This document shows positions 30,517 to 39,994 of a stretch of 64,000 nt of DNA, in pieces. Under the pieces are notes generated by a model. That model searched no databases. It was not told the DNA's origin and saw nothing but the letters and a program-made list of their open reading frames with translations. The stretch comes from a virus, in the IMG/VR virus record IMGVR_UViG_3300021093_003900, positions 32,001-96,000 of that record; one strand, written 5' to 3'. The position numbers and the translations under genes are program-made. Every line of letters starts with the position of its first letter. The first letter of the stretch is position 1.

Positions 30517-31200
30517 TTAAATTCCTGTTGAACCAAACCCATTTTCACCTCGTTCCTTATCTTGTAAATTTTCTTGAAGTTGTAAATTAACTACAGATCC
30601 TACATAGACAGGATATAGTCCACATTGAGCGATTTTTTGTTGTTTTTTTATAACAATTGGGTCTGGTGTTGAGTTGTAAACAATCACTTTTATTTCACCA
30701 TTATAACCCGAGTCAATTGTTCCCGGACTGTTTAAAACGATCAATCCTTGATTGATAGCAAGACCACTTTTAGTTCTGACTTGTAATTCATTATGTGAAG
30801 GAATATCAAACTTCAACCCTGTCGGAATTAAAGCTCTCTGAAACCCATCTAATTTGTACTCAATTACCGAATGCAAATCGAAACAGGAGTCTGTTCCATA
30901 ATTATATTTGGGATCTACAGCATCAGGATGAATCTTGACGTAATTTAGTTTCATTCTTTGATCCATATTTGATTGATCAGATAATTCAGTCATAAAGTTT
31001 GAATTTTCTTCTGAAGAAAGAATTGCTATAAGGTTTTCTAGATCGAACCCGAGTTTTTGTGATAAATTTGACAACTCGTTTTCATCATCTTCTTTTGTAA
31101 ATTCTTGAGATAGATTTTTTAATTCTTCTTGAAGTTCAGACAATGTTTGATTTATCTCATAATCAGGATCGTCAAGTTTGTTTGTATTACTATTGTCCAT
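30517..31200 (-). CDS. dut: Trimeric dUTPase with an acidic N-terminal extension
   Basis: FDL, RTKSGLA, NSPGTIDSGYNGEI, KIAQ, RGENGFGSTG. Confidence 0.92.
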   Translation of the reverse strand: MDNSNTNKLDDPDYEINQTLSELQEELKNLSQEFTKEDDENELSNLSQKLGFDLENLIAILSSEENSNFMTELSDQSNMDQRMKLNYVKIHPDAVDPKYNYGTDSCFDLHSVIEYKLDGFQRALIPTGLKFDIPSHNELQVRTKSGLAINQGLIVLNSPGTIDSGYNGEIKVIVYNSTPDPIVIKKQQKIAQCGLYPVYVGSVVNLQLQENLQDKERGENGFGSTGI

Positions 31201-31901
31201 TATTTTAATTCTTTTAGTTTTTTTATTAAGTCAACTAATACTAAAACGTCCCTCTCACAATACTCAACAATCAAATTAAGTTGATTGTGTTCCCAGTATG
31301 CTTCGTGAACTCTATTACCCGTAATTTCACCTTCTTTAGATGATGGTACACCCATAGCTGAGCACATTAACTCCAAGGACGATAAACCAAAAGGATTACC
31401 AAATTTCCAGACATCCATAGTATCTATTGCTCTAATTTCCCAAGGTTTTGTTTCATAACTTGGTAGTAATGTTGAAGGTTTAATTCCGTTTATTACCATC
31501 CTTTTAAGTAAGTGAGGAATATCAAAATTTTTGACATTGTGACCACACAACCAAAAATCCGATTTTTGAACTTTATTGAATAAATGATTAATTTCAAATA
31601 GAGTTTGTTTTTCATCATGTCCTGAGATGGTTTGTTTGTGAACTTTTCCATCAGGTGTTACAAAAGCAAAACTAGCACAGACTATTTTTGAAAACTCGGG
31701 AACAAGTGCTGCTCGGTTTATAAACACTTGTTCTTTTGGTAATTCTTTATCTTCAGGAAATCTTTTCAAAAACCAGTCAAAATAGTTGTGAAATTGCTTA
31801 AACAACATTTCATTGTTCTTTTCAAGCTCTTCATAGTTTTTGAATAAACCTACAGTTTCAATGTCAAAAAAAAGGATTTTATTTATTGGTTGTGTAATCA
31901 T
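31200..31901 (-). CDS. PolB-type 3'-5' exonuclease (DnaQ-like)
   Basis: FDIET, GHNVKNFDIP, IDTM, YCERDV. Confidence 0.88.
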   Translation of the reverse strand: MITQPINKILFFDIETVGLFKNYEELEKNNEMLFKQFHNYFDWFLKRFPEDKELPKEQVFINRAALVPEFSKIVCASFAFVTPDGKVHKQTISGHDEKQTLFEINHLFNKVQKSDFWLCGHNVKNFDIPHLLKRMVINGIKPSTLLPSYETKPWEIRAIDTMDVWKFGNPFGLSSLELMCSAMGVPSSKEGEITGNRVHEAYWEHNQLNLIVEYCERDVLVLVDLIKKLKELK

Positions 31902-33153
31902 AATATGGATCTGTAAAATTCTGCTCTATCTTTTGTAACTTTTTCTAAACTATATTTTTCGTGGACAGTTTCATATAATCGTTCACCCAAGTCTTTGGCG
32001 AAGTTTGGATTTTGAATAAGTTTTTTAACATACTTAAACCAATCACCGTGATTTCTGTTTTCATCTACTAATAATGCGTTTCCGTTGGTAAATATACCAT
32101 TATCTAAGGCATGAGTCAAATCGATAGTATAAGGTCCGAGATTAGATGCAATCAAAGCTTTCTTGTAAAAACCAGCCTCAATTACTTTCAATTGAGATTT
32201 CATTCTATTGAAAATGTGATTCTTGATAGGTGCCAAAGATACATCAAATTTTGTATAATTTTTTGCGTATTGTTGAATCGGTCTTGTCCAAATTCTCTTA
32301 TAGAATTCGTGAGAAAATTGACTATCATCCTCCTCTTTAAATCTCATTAATAAATTATGATATTCAGGTGATATTAATTTATAATTGTCTGTGAATACTT
32401 GTTCATATTTGTACCACACAGTTTCATGTGGTTTAATATCTCGTTTTTTCTGTTCTCCAGTTTGTTGATTAATTTCAGTCACAGTACCTCGTATATCAAA
32501 CCCACAAAGATAAACTTCAGTTGTGCCTTTGTACTCGTGCATACGAGAAAAAATTGATTCAAGTATAGTAATGTCGTGTAAGTGAGATGAACCACCTAAC
32601 CATCCAAATCTTAACTTATCTGAAGGTTCTGTAACCGCATTAAATTGAGCCTCAGTTTTACTAATTGCATTAGGAAATACAACAGCGTTTTTATTATACT
32701 TTGTTATTTCCTGAGCAAAAATACTCGTTGTTGTCATCACATAATCACTAACTTTTAGATTTTCTATTATCTTTTCGTGAATTTTATTTGACACAACTAA
32801 GTCGTGAATAGGATGATCTTTTGTCGGTAACCAGTAGTCATCCAAGTCCATAACTGTCTTTACACCTAATTGACCAACCATTTTAATCAAATTGGCTGAG
32901 GTATCATAGTTTTGACCAATAGTTCTGTGGAAATGAACTATATCATATTTTCGCCAAAAATTGATATCGTTTATTTGGGGTTCATATTCAATATCAATAT
33001 GAAAGTCATTAGGATACATATTTTGTAAAAAAATATGTGGATCGATTGATCTGAATTTACCTTTAGTTAACCAACCCCCGTACGGTCAGATGGGACTACA
33101 AGAATCCTGATCTTTTCGCGACCATTTGGGGGTGGAATTGAATTTTGTTGCAT
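31898..33153 (-). CDS. GT-B glycosyltransferase with an interrupted reading frame (33153-33070 joined to 33058-31898)
   Basis: Main ORF has DLDDYW, GWLGGSSHLHD, FNRMKSQLKVIEAG but lacks the first beta-strand; the upstream segment MQQNSIPPPNGREKIRILVVPSDRTGVG stops at TAA, and the main frame reads KFRSIDPHIFLQNMYP from 11 nt further on. Confidence 0.75.
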
Positions 33154-33155
33154 AG

Positions 33156-33220
33156 TTAGAAATTATATTCTAAGAGTTTATTGTACTCGTAAAACGAATA
33201 ACTCTAGAATTATAATCTAA
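33156..33220 (-). promoter_or_regulatory. Long bulged hairpin in the 5' leader of the interrupted GT gene
   Basis: Arms TTAGATTATAATTCTAGAGTTATT and AATAAACTCTTAGAATATAATTTCTAA on the minus strand, ending 2 nt before the ATG. Confidence 0.6.
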
Positions 33221-33253
33221 AATACAATGATTTTCAAGGTAGAAATATAAATA

Positions 33254-33814
33254 TTACTTAATTTTTTTGATTTTTGTCACAACACCTTCAAATACGTGAC
33301 TTCCAACTCTGAAGGTTAGTGGTTGTTTTGTTGAAGAACTTTCTTCGTACAATAATCCTTTTTCTGATAACACTTCTTCTATTGTTTCTTTCAACATAGA
33401 TTTTAAAGTATTGTAATCAAAATTAGATTGAACCTTTTTGGGTTCTGCTTTTACATTTCCAGCTGGATCTGTTTTCATTAATCTAGTTGCCGCTTCGACT
33501 AATTCATTTGATAAAACAGATTGACTTTGTGATTGAGGTTGTTCTATCGGATGTTCCAACATCAATCTTTTTATTTCATCTGGTAGTTTAGAATTTTGAA
33601 TTCTCTGTGTCATTGGAACATTCGAGTTTTGTTGTGGAGCCTGTCTTTGTTCTTGTAAAAATTCTTGTGGAATGTTATAGTTTGCATTTACAGGTTCAAA
33701 CGATTGAACACTAGGCGATGAAATACTCATAGGTGAATTACCTCTTGGCATTTCAGTTTGTTTATCCATAATTTTTTTAGCTACTGCTAATTTTTGTAAT
33801 AAATCTTGATTCAT
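33254..33814 (-). CDS. Hypothetical protein
   Basis: 186-aa Gln-rich ORF; SKLPDEIKRLMLEHPI. Confidence 0.7.
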   Translation of the reverse strand: MNQDLLQKLAVAKKIMDKQTEMPRGNSPMSISSPSVQSFEPVNANYNIPQEFLQEQRQAPQQNSNVPMTQRIQNSKLPDEIKRLMLEHPIEQPQSQSQSVLSNELVEAATRLMKTDPAGNVKAEPKKVQSNFDYNTLKSMLKETIEEVLSEKGLLYEESSSTKQPLTFRVGSHVFEGVVTKIKKIK

Positions 33815-33816
33815 AG

Positions 33817-34212
33817 TTATACAGTTTGAGTATTGAACTTTGCATTAATTATAACACTATTCATGCTTTTGTCACCATTAAAATTATAATTTGGTCGAGG
33901 TTCATTAAAATTTGAACGCAAAGGTTTATACATAGTGATTTTATCAACTCTAAATAGTCTCCATCCCGGAAGGGGTTGAGTTCCCAAATAACCAGTATGC
34001 GACGCTCCAGTTCTGTCCCAAGCTCTTAATACCAAATTATTTGACTTAGAGCGACCTAAACAGACAGGTTCAATTTCTCTTAATCCACGACCACCTGGTT
34101 CATCTCCAGTGTAATAAATTGTACATACTTGTTTCTTCTCTATCGAATTTTTTATGTCATTGATAGACGTAGCCTCTATTATAAGACCAGATAGAGATTT
34201 AAGTAGTTTCAT
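33817..34212 (-). CDS. Stand-alone WYL-domain protein
   Basis: IYY...REIEPVCLG...VLRAW...GWRLFRVDKI. Confidence 0.75.
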   Translation of the reverse strand: MKLLKSLSGLIIEATSINDIKNSIEKKQVCTIYYTGDEPGGRGLREIEPVCLGRSKSNNLVLRAWDRTGASHTGYLGTQPLPGWRLFRVDKITMYKPLRSNFNEPRPNYNFNGDKSMNSVIINAKFNTQTV

Positions 34213-34213
34213 T

Positions 34214-34504
34214 TTATTGTTCCACTTTATATGGTTTGTTTGGTTGATACAAATTAAATTTAACGTTCAATTTTCTCTCAAGAATATCAACAGATGTACC
34301 TGCAGCTTCGTTGTGTACATCCAAGAAAGACCCTGTACCTCTTCCTATTTCATCACCATCTCCAACGGCTGCGGGATTTGTTGATGAATATTCATTTCCT
34401 TGTTGTTTGAAGTCATTTTTGACTAAATTCTTTTTTCTTTCGATATCAGCAATTGCGCTTAATCTGTTTTCTGGTTGAGAAAAATCTAGTGGTTCTAGTG
34501 TCAT
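34214..34504 (-). CDS. Hypothetical protein
   Basis: 96-aa ORF in a co-oriented run. Confidence 0.65.
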   Translation of the reverse strand: MTLEPLDFSQPENRLSAIADIERKKNLVKNDFKQQGNEYSSTNPAAVGDGDEIGRGTGSFLDVHNEAAGTSVDILERKLNVKFNLYQPNKPYKVEQ

Positions 34505-34509
34505 AATTT

Positions 34510-34977
34510 TTAAATTTTACTGAAAATTTCGTTTATTCTTCTAAGGTTTTCCATAACCTTAAGATCGTATTGTTGTATATTTGTTTTTTTGGGAGTAGTA
34601 TTAGCGATGTTAAGATTAATATCAGCTGTCGGTGTTTGAATGTACTCGTTATCCATTCCAGTAGTCCGTCTTATTTTTTCAGACCCTTGAACACCCTGTC
34701 TTGATGTTGAAAGACATGTGTTAACAAAATCTTTCATTTTATTTTCACCGTTCAAAATAAAAGGCGCATCCACATTTCTTCCTTGGAAGTTATCAAAAAA
34801 GTTTTTTATTCTTTTTAATTCAGGATATGATAGTTGTTGCGCGTTTTGTAAACGGACATTACGATTATAACCCTCAGTATTTTGATTGGCGCCTTTTACT
34901 TTTGTAAAACAAATTTTCATATGATTTCTCATATCTTCTGGAAAGTTCCAAGTTTTATGATACAATTGACTATTCAT
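34510..34977 (-). CDS. Hypothetical protein
   Basis: 155-aa ORF; LKRIKNFFD. Confidence 0.65.
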   Translation of the reverse strand: MNSQLYHKTWNFPEDMRNHMKICFTKVKGANQNTEGYNRNVRLQNAQQLSYPELKRIKNFFDNFQGRNVDAPFILNGENKMKDFVNTCLSTSRQGVQGSEKIRRTTGMDNEYIQTPTADINLNIANTTPKKTNIQQYDLKVMENLRRINEIFSKI

Positions 34978-35782
34978 TTTCAGAGTTTTTTATCATTTTA
35001 ATAATATCTACCATTTCCAAATTTTCTTTCTTGGCCATTTTGACCAAAGATTTAATATTTTTTTTCAAAACCTCAGATACTTCGATTTCCTTATTTTTGA
35101 TATCACCATCCGAATGTCTTTTGGCTAAAATATCTTCGACAACATCTTTCATTTTATTTTTTCTTTCTTTCACGATCATTCGAATATCTGTACCAGGAAG
35201 TTTCTTTTTGTTTACTTTAGGAACTTTACCAAACTCTTCAGCCCTATCTTCAGCATTTTCAACACCCATATCCTCAAGAGTGTCTATTGTTTCTTCTGGC
35301 GATAAGTCCATAGTCTCTTCCCATCCAAAAGCTTTGGATAAATCCTCTTCTCTTTGAACACTTTCACCCCAATACACTCTGTATCCCCTCGTCAAAGGGT
35401 TTCCTGGTTGTGCAACTGAGAATACGGTTTGATCCATAGTTTTACGTGGTGACATTTTGGGGTCGTGTATTGGTATTTTAGAATTACTCAAACTACCATC
35501 AAAATCAACCAATTCATCTATTTCACCATTCTTATCTGTTTTAATTTTTGACAAGATTTTTTGAATTTCTTTCTTCGAAAATCTTTTTTTAGATTTTTGA
35601 AATTTTTCGAATATTAAATTAAGTAATTTTTCTGATGACTTGGGTATTGACATAATGTCTTCATTAAGTCTAGACTCAGACAAATTTCTCCCGACCGAAT
35701 AATAAACATCAATATCGTTGATGTTTTTCTTCAGAAAGAAGTACATATTGTTAAAAAAATATTCTTCCCCGTATTGAATCAT
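34970..35782 (-). CDS. Hypothetical protein
   Basis: 270-aa ORF with a late-type motif upstream. Confidence 0.7.
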   Translation of the reverse strand: MIQYGEEYFFNNMYFFLKKNINDIDVYYSVGRNLSESRLNEDIMSIPKSSEKLLNLIFEKFQKSKKRFSKKEIQKILSKIKTDKNGEIDELVDFDGSLSNSKIPIHDPKMSPRKTMDQTVFSVAQPGNPLTRGYRVYWGESVQREEDLSKAFGWEETMDLSPEETIDTLEDMGVENAEDRAEEFGKVPKVNKKKLPGTDIRMIVKERKNKMKDVVEDILAKRHSDGDIKNKEIEVSEVLKKNIKSLVKMAKKENLEMVDIIKMIKNSENE

Positions 35783-35824
35783 AATTTTTTTTAATATAAA
35801 TACTTTCTAAATGTATTTATTACT

Positions 35825-37993
35825 ATGGCTTATCAAAACATTAATCAGTATGTCAAATCAAAATTGTATTTACAACCTGTTTTACAAATTTCTGACATTT
35901 CATTGGCCGCTGATGAGAGAGAATACAATGAAGAAGTTGTGTTCTCACCACTTATTATTGGTGCAAATGATGGTGATGTTTTACCTGTAAAAATTGATTT
36001 AAATTTTTCTGGATCCTCTCAAAAAATCAATTTGACTTTTGGTGATTACAAAAGAGAAAACGTAATCATTTCTGAAAATTATTATAATCCATACGATTAT
36101 ATTTTAGATTGTTTTTCTGGAAAAAGTATTTGTGATATTGGTTTGACTGGTACGGATAATGGTTTGGTTACGGGAATGACGGGACAGAGTATTTCTTACA
36201 CCGAGGGACTATTGCCAAATAATACAAAATTTGATCGATTGAAATTTGACCGTAGATTGAAATTATTTCAAGTTACAGGATATACGAGCCATCCAAATCA
36301 TAGATTTTCAGGAATAACGGCTGAGACCTCGTATGAAATGGTTTCTTATACCGCAAACACCATAGGAACTTACAACGAATTATACGGTGGTTTTTACCAA
36401 GGGTTTTATGAACTATTTGGATATGAATACAAAATACTACCTGAAAGATATACCAAAGGTTGGACTGTAGAGATGACATTAAAGCCTAGGATCTACAATC
36501 AATATACAACCCCGTCTGGTAAAACAACATTAAATTCATATTACCCAAATAATTCTGGAATATTTTTTTATATGGGAACTCGTGCTGAAAACAAATACTG
36601 GCATTTTGCACAAGGTAAAAACCCAACAGATCCAAATTACGATAGAGTAACTAGAAGGCTTTTAGATTTAAGTACTTGTGATTGCAAAACACTTAATCCT
36701 GGTTATTCTACAAATTCAACAACTCATTTTGATTTAAGTGTTTCAGGTGCAACAATACAAGTAGGTCAAGATTTATTATGGGCATCAGGTGACATTTGTG
36801 TTGTTTATCATAACGAAATTGCATTCCTGACTGGGAATGTTATTGGGTATACAGCATCGACTAATTCATTACAATTTGTTACAACTTATCGTGTGGGTAA
36901 AGGAGATTTCAAATACTGGGTTGTGGATAAATTAAATTTCTTGGAATACAATAATTCCGATTGTTATTTTGTTTATCCCCCAACAGGCGTTACTGATTAT
37001 CACTACACGGAAAGTCCTTGTTGTCCAGATGAACCCCAAGTACCTGTCCCTGAGCAAGACGCGGCTTACAATGGAATGTCTAATGCTTTAGCTATACGAT
37101 TTAGTGGTGATCCAACTAACCCAAAAATTTGTATACGTACATTAACAATGACAGGTGATTGCATCACAAGTGGAAGTTGTGAAACTACTGGATATGAATC
37201 GCAAACAGGTTACTCAATAAATAACTATTGTACAACTAGGAGAATATACGATGATTGTAGTGGGACAACTTATTCTTTAGGTGAAAATTGGGTTCTAGTC
37301 GATGTTAGCTTTGAAAGGAACACCGCACTTGATGAGTGTGATTTGGTTTATCTTGGTGGATTAGGTGTAATATCGAATATGGTATTCACAGCATCTACGG
37401 ATAGTAATTCAGTATCACTTATCTCTCCACCAATAACTCATTACCAACTAAACCCAGAAACAGAAGAACTTGTACAACTGAACAATGATTGGCTTCTTGA
37501 AAAGGGGTTTCGGAAAGGTAAATTAAGAATTTTTGTTAATGGTAAGTTATTCGAAACTTTCGATAATGTTGAAGAAATAATACCTAGGGGTTTGTATGGA
37601 CACAAAGAAACTCAAGTGGGTGTACCATTCAATATTTCTTGGGGTGGTGGTACCCAAGGATTGCATGAAAACCTAGTATTCAGTGCTATACCAACAACCG
37701 ATTTAAACTATTACATACAAGACCCAGAATTGTTTCCACCAAATATTTTGAGTGGAACAAGTCTTAGTGCTTTAACAACAAATATTCTTATTGAACAAAA
37801 CTTTGCTGGCACTTTTGATGGGGGTATATCATCATTTTCTATGTATGCAAAACCTCTGACTATTCCTGAGGTTCAACATAATGCAAGAATACTTAAACCA
37901 AAATATAATTTTTTGAATCCTTTTTGCCTGAATTGTATTGATTCAACGCCAACACCTACCCCTTCAATAACCCCAACACCAACACCAACTTGA
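35825..37993 (+). CDS. Putative structural protein (LamG/ConA-like segments) with a Thr/Pro-repeat tail
   Basis: GWTVEM, LRIFVNGKL, FDGGISSFSMYAKPLT; Cys-rich; ends STPTPTPSITPTPTPT. Confidence 0.65.
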   Translation: MAYQNINQYVKSKLYLQPVLQISDISLAADEREYNEEVVFSPLIIGANDGDVLPVKIDLNFSGSSQKINLTFGDYKRENVIISENYYNPYDYILDCFSGKSICDIGLTGTDNGLVTGMTGQSISYTEGLLPNNTKFDRLKFDRRLKLFQVTGYTSHPNHRFSGITAETSYEMVSYTANTIGTYNELYGGFYQGFYELFGYEYKILPERYTKGWTVEMTLKPRIYNQYTTPSGKTTLNSYYPNNSGIFFYMGTRAENKYWHFAQGKNPTDPNYDRVTRRLLDLSTCDCKTLNPGYSTNSTTHFDLSVSGATIQVGQDLLWASGDICVVYHNEIAFLTGNVIGYTASTNSLQFVTTYRVGKGDFKYWVVDKLNFLEYNNSDCYFVYPPTGVTDYHYTESPCCPDEPQVPVPEQDAAYNGMSNALAIRFSGDPTNPKICIRTLTMTGDCITSGSCETTGYESQTGYSINNYCTTRRIYDDCSGTTYSLGENWVLVDVSFERNTALDECDLVYLGGLGVISNMVFTASTDSNSVSLISPPITHYQLNPETEELVQLNNDWLLEKGFRKGKLRIFVNGKLFETFDNVEEIIPRGLYGHKETQVGVPFNISWGGGTQGLHENLVFSAIPTTDLNYYIQDPELFPPNILSGTSLSALTTNILIEQNFAGTFDGGISSFSMYAKPLTIPEVQHNARILKPKYNFLNPFCLNCIDSTPTPTPSITPTPTPT

Positions 37994-38106
37994 GCGTCAA
38001 ATGATTCTTGACAAGTCGGTAATTAGTAATAGAACTTTTTGAAAAAAAACAAAGTGTTATTTATTTTAAAATTTAGAAAGTTATTTTTCAAATAAAATTA
38101 ATTTAT

Positions 38107-39360
38107 ATGAAAATATTCATTCAGATAGCATCTTACAGAGATCCTGAGTTGAAAAAAACTATAGCCAATTGCCTTGAAAACGCCGATAAACCTGAAAATT
38201 TAGTTTTTGGTATTGCACGTCAATTTCACCCTGATGATAAATTCGACGACTTAACTGAGTATATGACAGATGAGAGATTTCGAATTTTGAACATTCCATA
38301 CAATGAATCAAAAGGTGCGTGTTGGGCTAGAAACCAAATTCAACAACTATACAATAAAGAACAATATACAATGCAATTGGATTCCCACATGAGATTTGCA
38401 CCTCACTGGGACACTGAAATGATTGGTATGATAAAACAATTACAGAAAAAAGGATATAAAAAACCTTTGTTAACTGGTTATGTTTCTTCTTTTGACCCAG
38501 ATAACGACCCTAGTGCTAGAGTACAAGAACCTTGGAGGATGGTATTCGATCGTTTTATTCCTGAAGGTGCTGTATTTTTTCTTCCTGAAACAATACCAAA
38601 TTGGCAAACATTGACTGAACCAGTTCCAGCAAGATTCTACTCAGCTCATTACGCATTTACTTTAGGTAAATTTACTAAGGAAGTTCAGCACAACCCTGAA
38701 TATTATTTTCACGGTGAAGAAATTTCAATAGCGGCGAGAGCTTATACTTGGGGTTATGATTTATTTCACCCACATAAAGTTTTAATCTGGCACGAATACA
38801 CAAGAAAAGGTAGAACTAAACAGTGGGATGATGATAAACAATGGGTTGATAAAAACAATGTTTCCCATTTAACAAATCGAAAGTTATTTGGTATGGATGG
38901 ATTACCACAAGAAGGACATGACGGTAAATATGGATTCGGAAAGGCCAGAAGTCTCCAAGATTATGAAAAATATTCAGGATTACTTTTTGAAAAACGTGCT
39001 GTTCAACAATACACGCTCGATAAAAACTATCCACCAAACCCTTATAACTACTCAACAGAAGAAGAGTGGAAAGCCGATTTTGCAATGATATTCAAACATT
39101 GTATTGATATCGGATATTCACAGGTACCTGAAAAAGATTATGATTTTTGGGTTGTGGCTTTTCACGATGAAACTGATGAGACTATCTTCAGAAAAGATGC
39201 GGACAAGGGAGAGATCGCAAGAATGATGAACGACCCAGATGGGTATTGTAAAGTATGGAGAGAGTTCCAGACAGCACATAAACCAAAATATTGGGTAGTT
39301 TGGCCACACTCAGAGTCTAAGGGATGGTGTGAAAGAATTACTGGAAATTTACCATTTTAA
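38107..39360 (+). CDS. GT60-like polypeptide/hydroxyproline GlcNAc transferase
   Basis: IFIQIASYRDPE, GACWAR, MQLDSHMRF..HWD, LLTGY, YFHGEEISIAARAYTWGYDLFHP, WHEY. Confidence 0.85.
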   Translation: MKIFIQIASYRDPELKKTIANCLENADKPENLVFGIARQFHPDDKFDDLTEYMTDERFRILNIPYNESKGACWARNQIQQLYNKEQYTMQLDSHMRFAPHWDTEMIGMIKQLQKKGYKKPLLTGYVSSFDPDNDPSARVQEPWRMVFDRFIPEGAVFFLPETIPNWQTLTEPVPARFYSAHYAFTLGKFTKEVQHNPEYYFHGEEISIAARAYTWGYDLFHPHKVLIWHEYTRKGRTKQWDDDKQWVDKNNVSHLTNRKLFGMDGLPQEGHDGKYGFGKARSLQDYEKYSGLLFEKRAVQQYTLDKNYPPNPYNYSTEEEWKADFAMIFKHCIDIGYSQVPEKDYDFWVVAFHDETDETIFRKDADKGEIARMMNDPDGYCKVWREFQTAHKPKYWVVWPHSESKGWCERITGNLPF

Positions 39361-39364
39361 ATTT

Positions 39365-39994
39365 ATGATTGATTTAAAAAAAACATTTGAAGATTTTAAT
39401 ATCCAATGTTCGGGTATAATTCATGTCGGGGGGCACCAAGCACAAGAATATCAAACATATAAGGAAATTGGTATACAACATCAAATTTGGATCGAAGCTA
39501 ACCCGTTTTATTATTCACAAATATTGGAAGTAATTAAAAATGATGAGTTTTCTATCGCCTTTAATTATTTAATTCTTGATGAAGAAAAAGAAGTTTCATT
39601 CAATTTGGCTAATAATGGTCAATCATCATCTGTTTTACCACTCAAAAATCATATTAAATACTACCCAAATATCAAGTTTGATGGTCAAATGTTGACAACT
39701 AGTAAAAGATTAGACTCATTGATCAAAGAATACAAAATTGAAGTAGAGAACTATAATGGATTAGTTGTTGACGTACAAGGTGTTGAATTAAAAGTACTTA
39801 TGTCCTTGGGATCATTGTTACAAAACTTCAAATTTATACAATCAGAAGTTAATTTAGAAGAACTTTATGAGGGTTGTTGTCTTATAGATGATTTAGACAA
39901 ATATTTAGAACAATTTGGGTTTGAAAGGAAGATTACTAAGTTATGGGATAATGGTTCTGTAGGTTGGGGTGATGCTATGTATATTAAAATATGA
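39365..39994 (+). CDS. FkbM-family methyltransferase; start revised to ATG at 39365
   Basis: IHVGGHQAQE, WIEAN, QSSSVL, DVQGVEL, WGDAMY. Confidence 0.85.
   Translation: MIDLKKTFEDFNIQCSGIIHVGGHQAQEYQTYKEIGIQHQIWIEANPFYYSQILEVIKNDEFSIAFNYLILDEEKEVSFNLANNGQSSSVLPLKNHIKYYPNIKFDGQMLTTSKRLDSLIKEYKIEVENYNGLVVDVQGVELKVLMSLGSLLQNFKFIQSEVNLEELYEGCCLIDDLDKYLEQFGFERKITKLWDNGSVGWGDAMYIKI

Noticed and set aside
33061-33071. The 11-nt gap can be written GT-TAACTAA-AG, like a spliceosomal intron
   Set aside because: Too short, and a bacterial host has no spliceosome; also far too small for a self-splicing intron, although an intron scar is not excluded.
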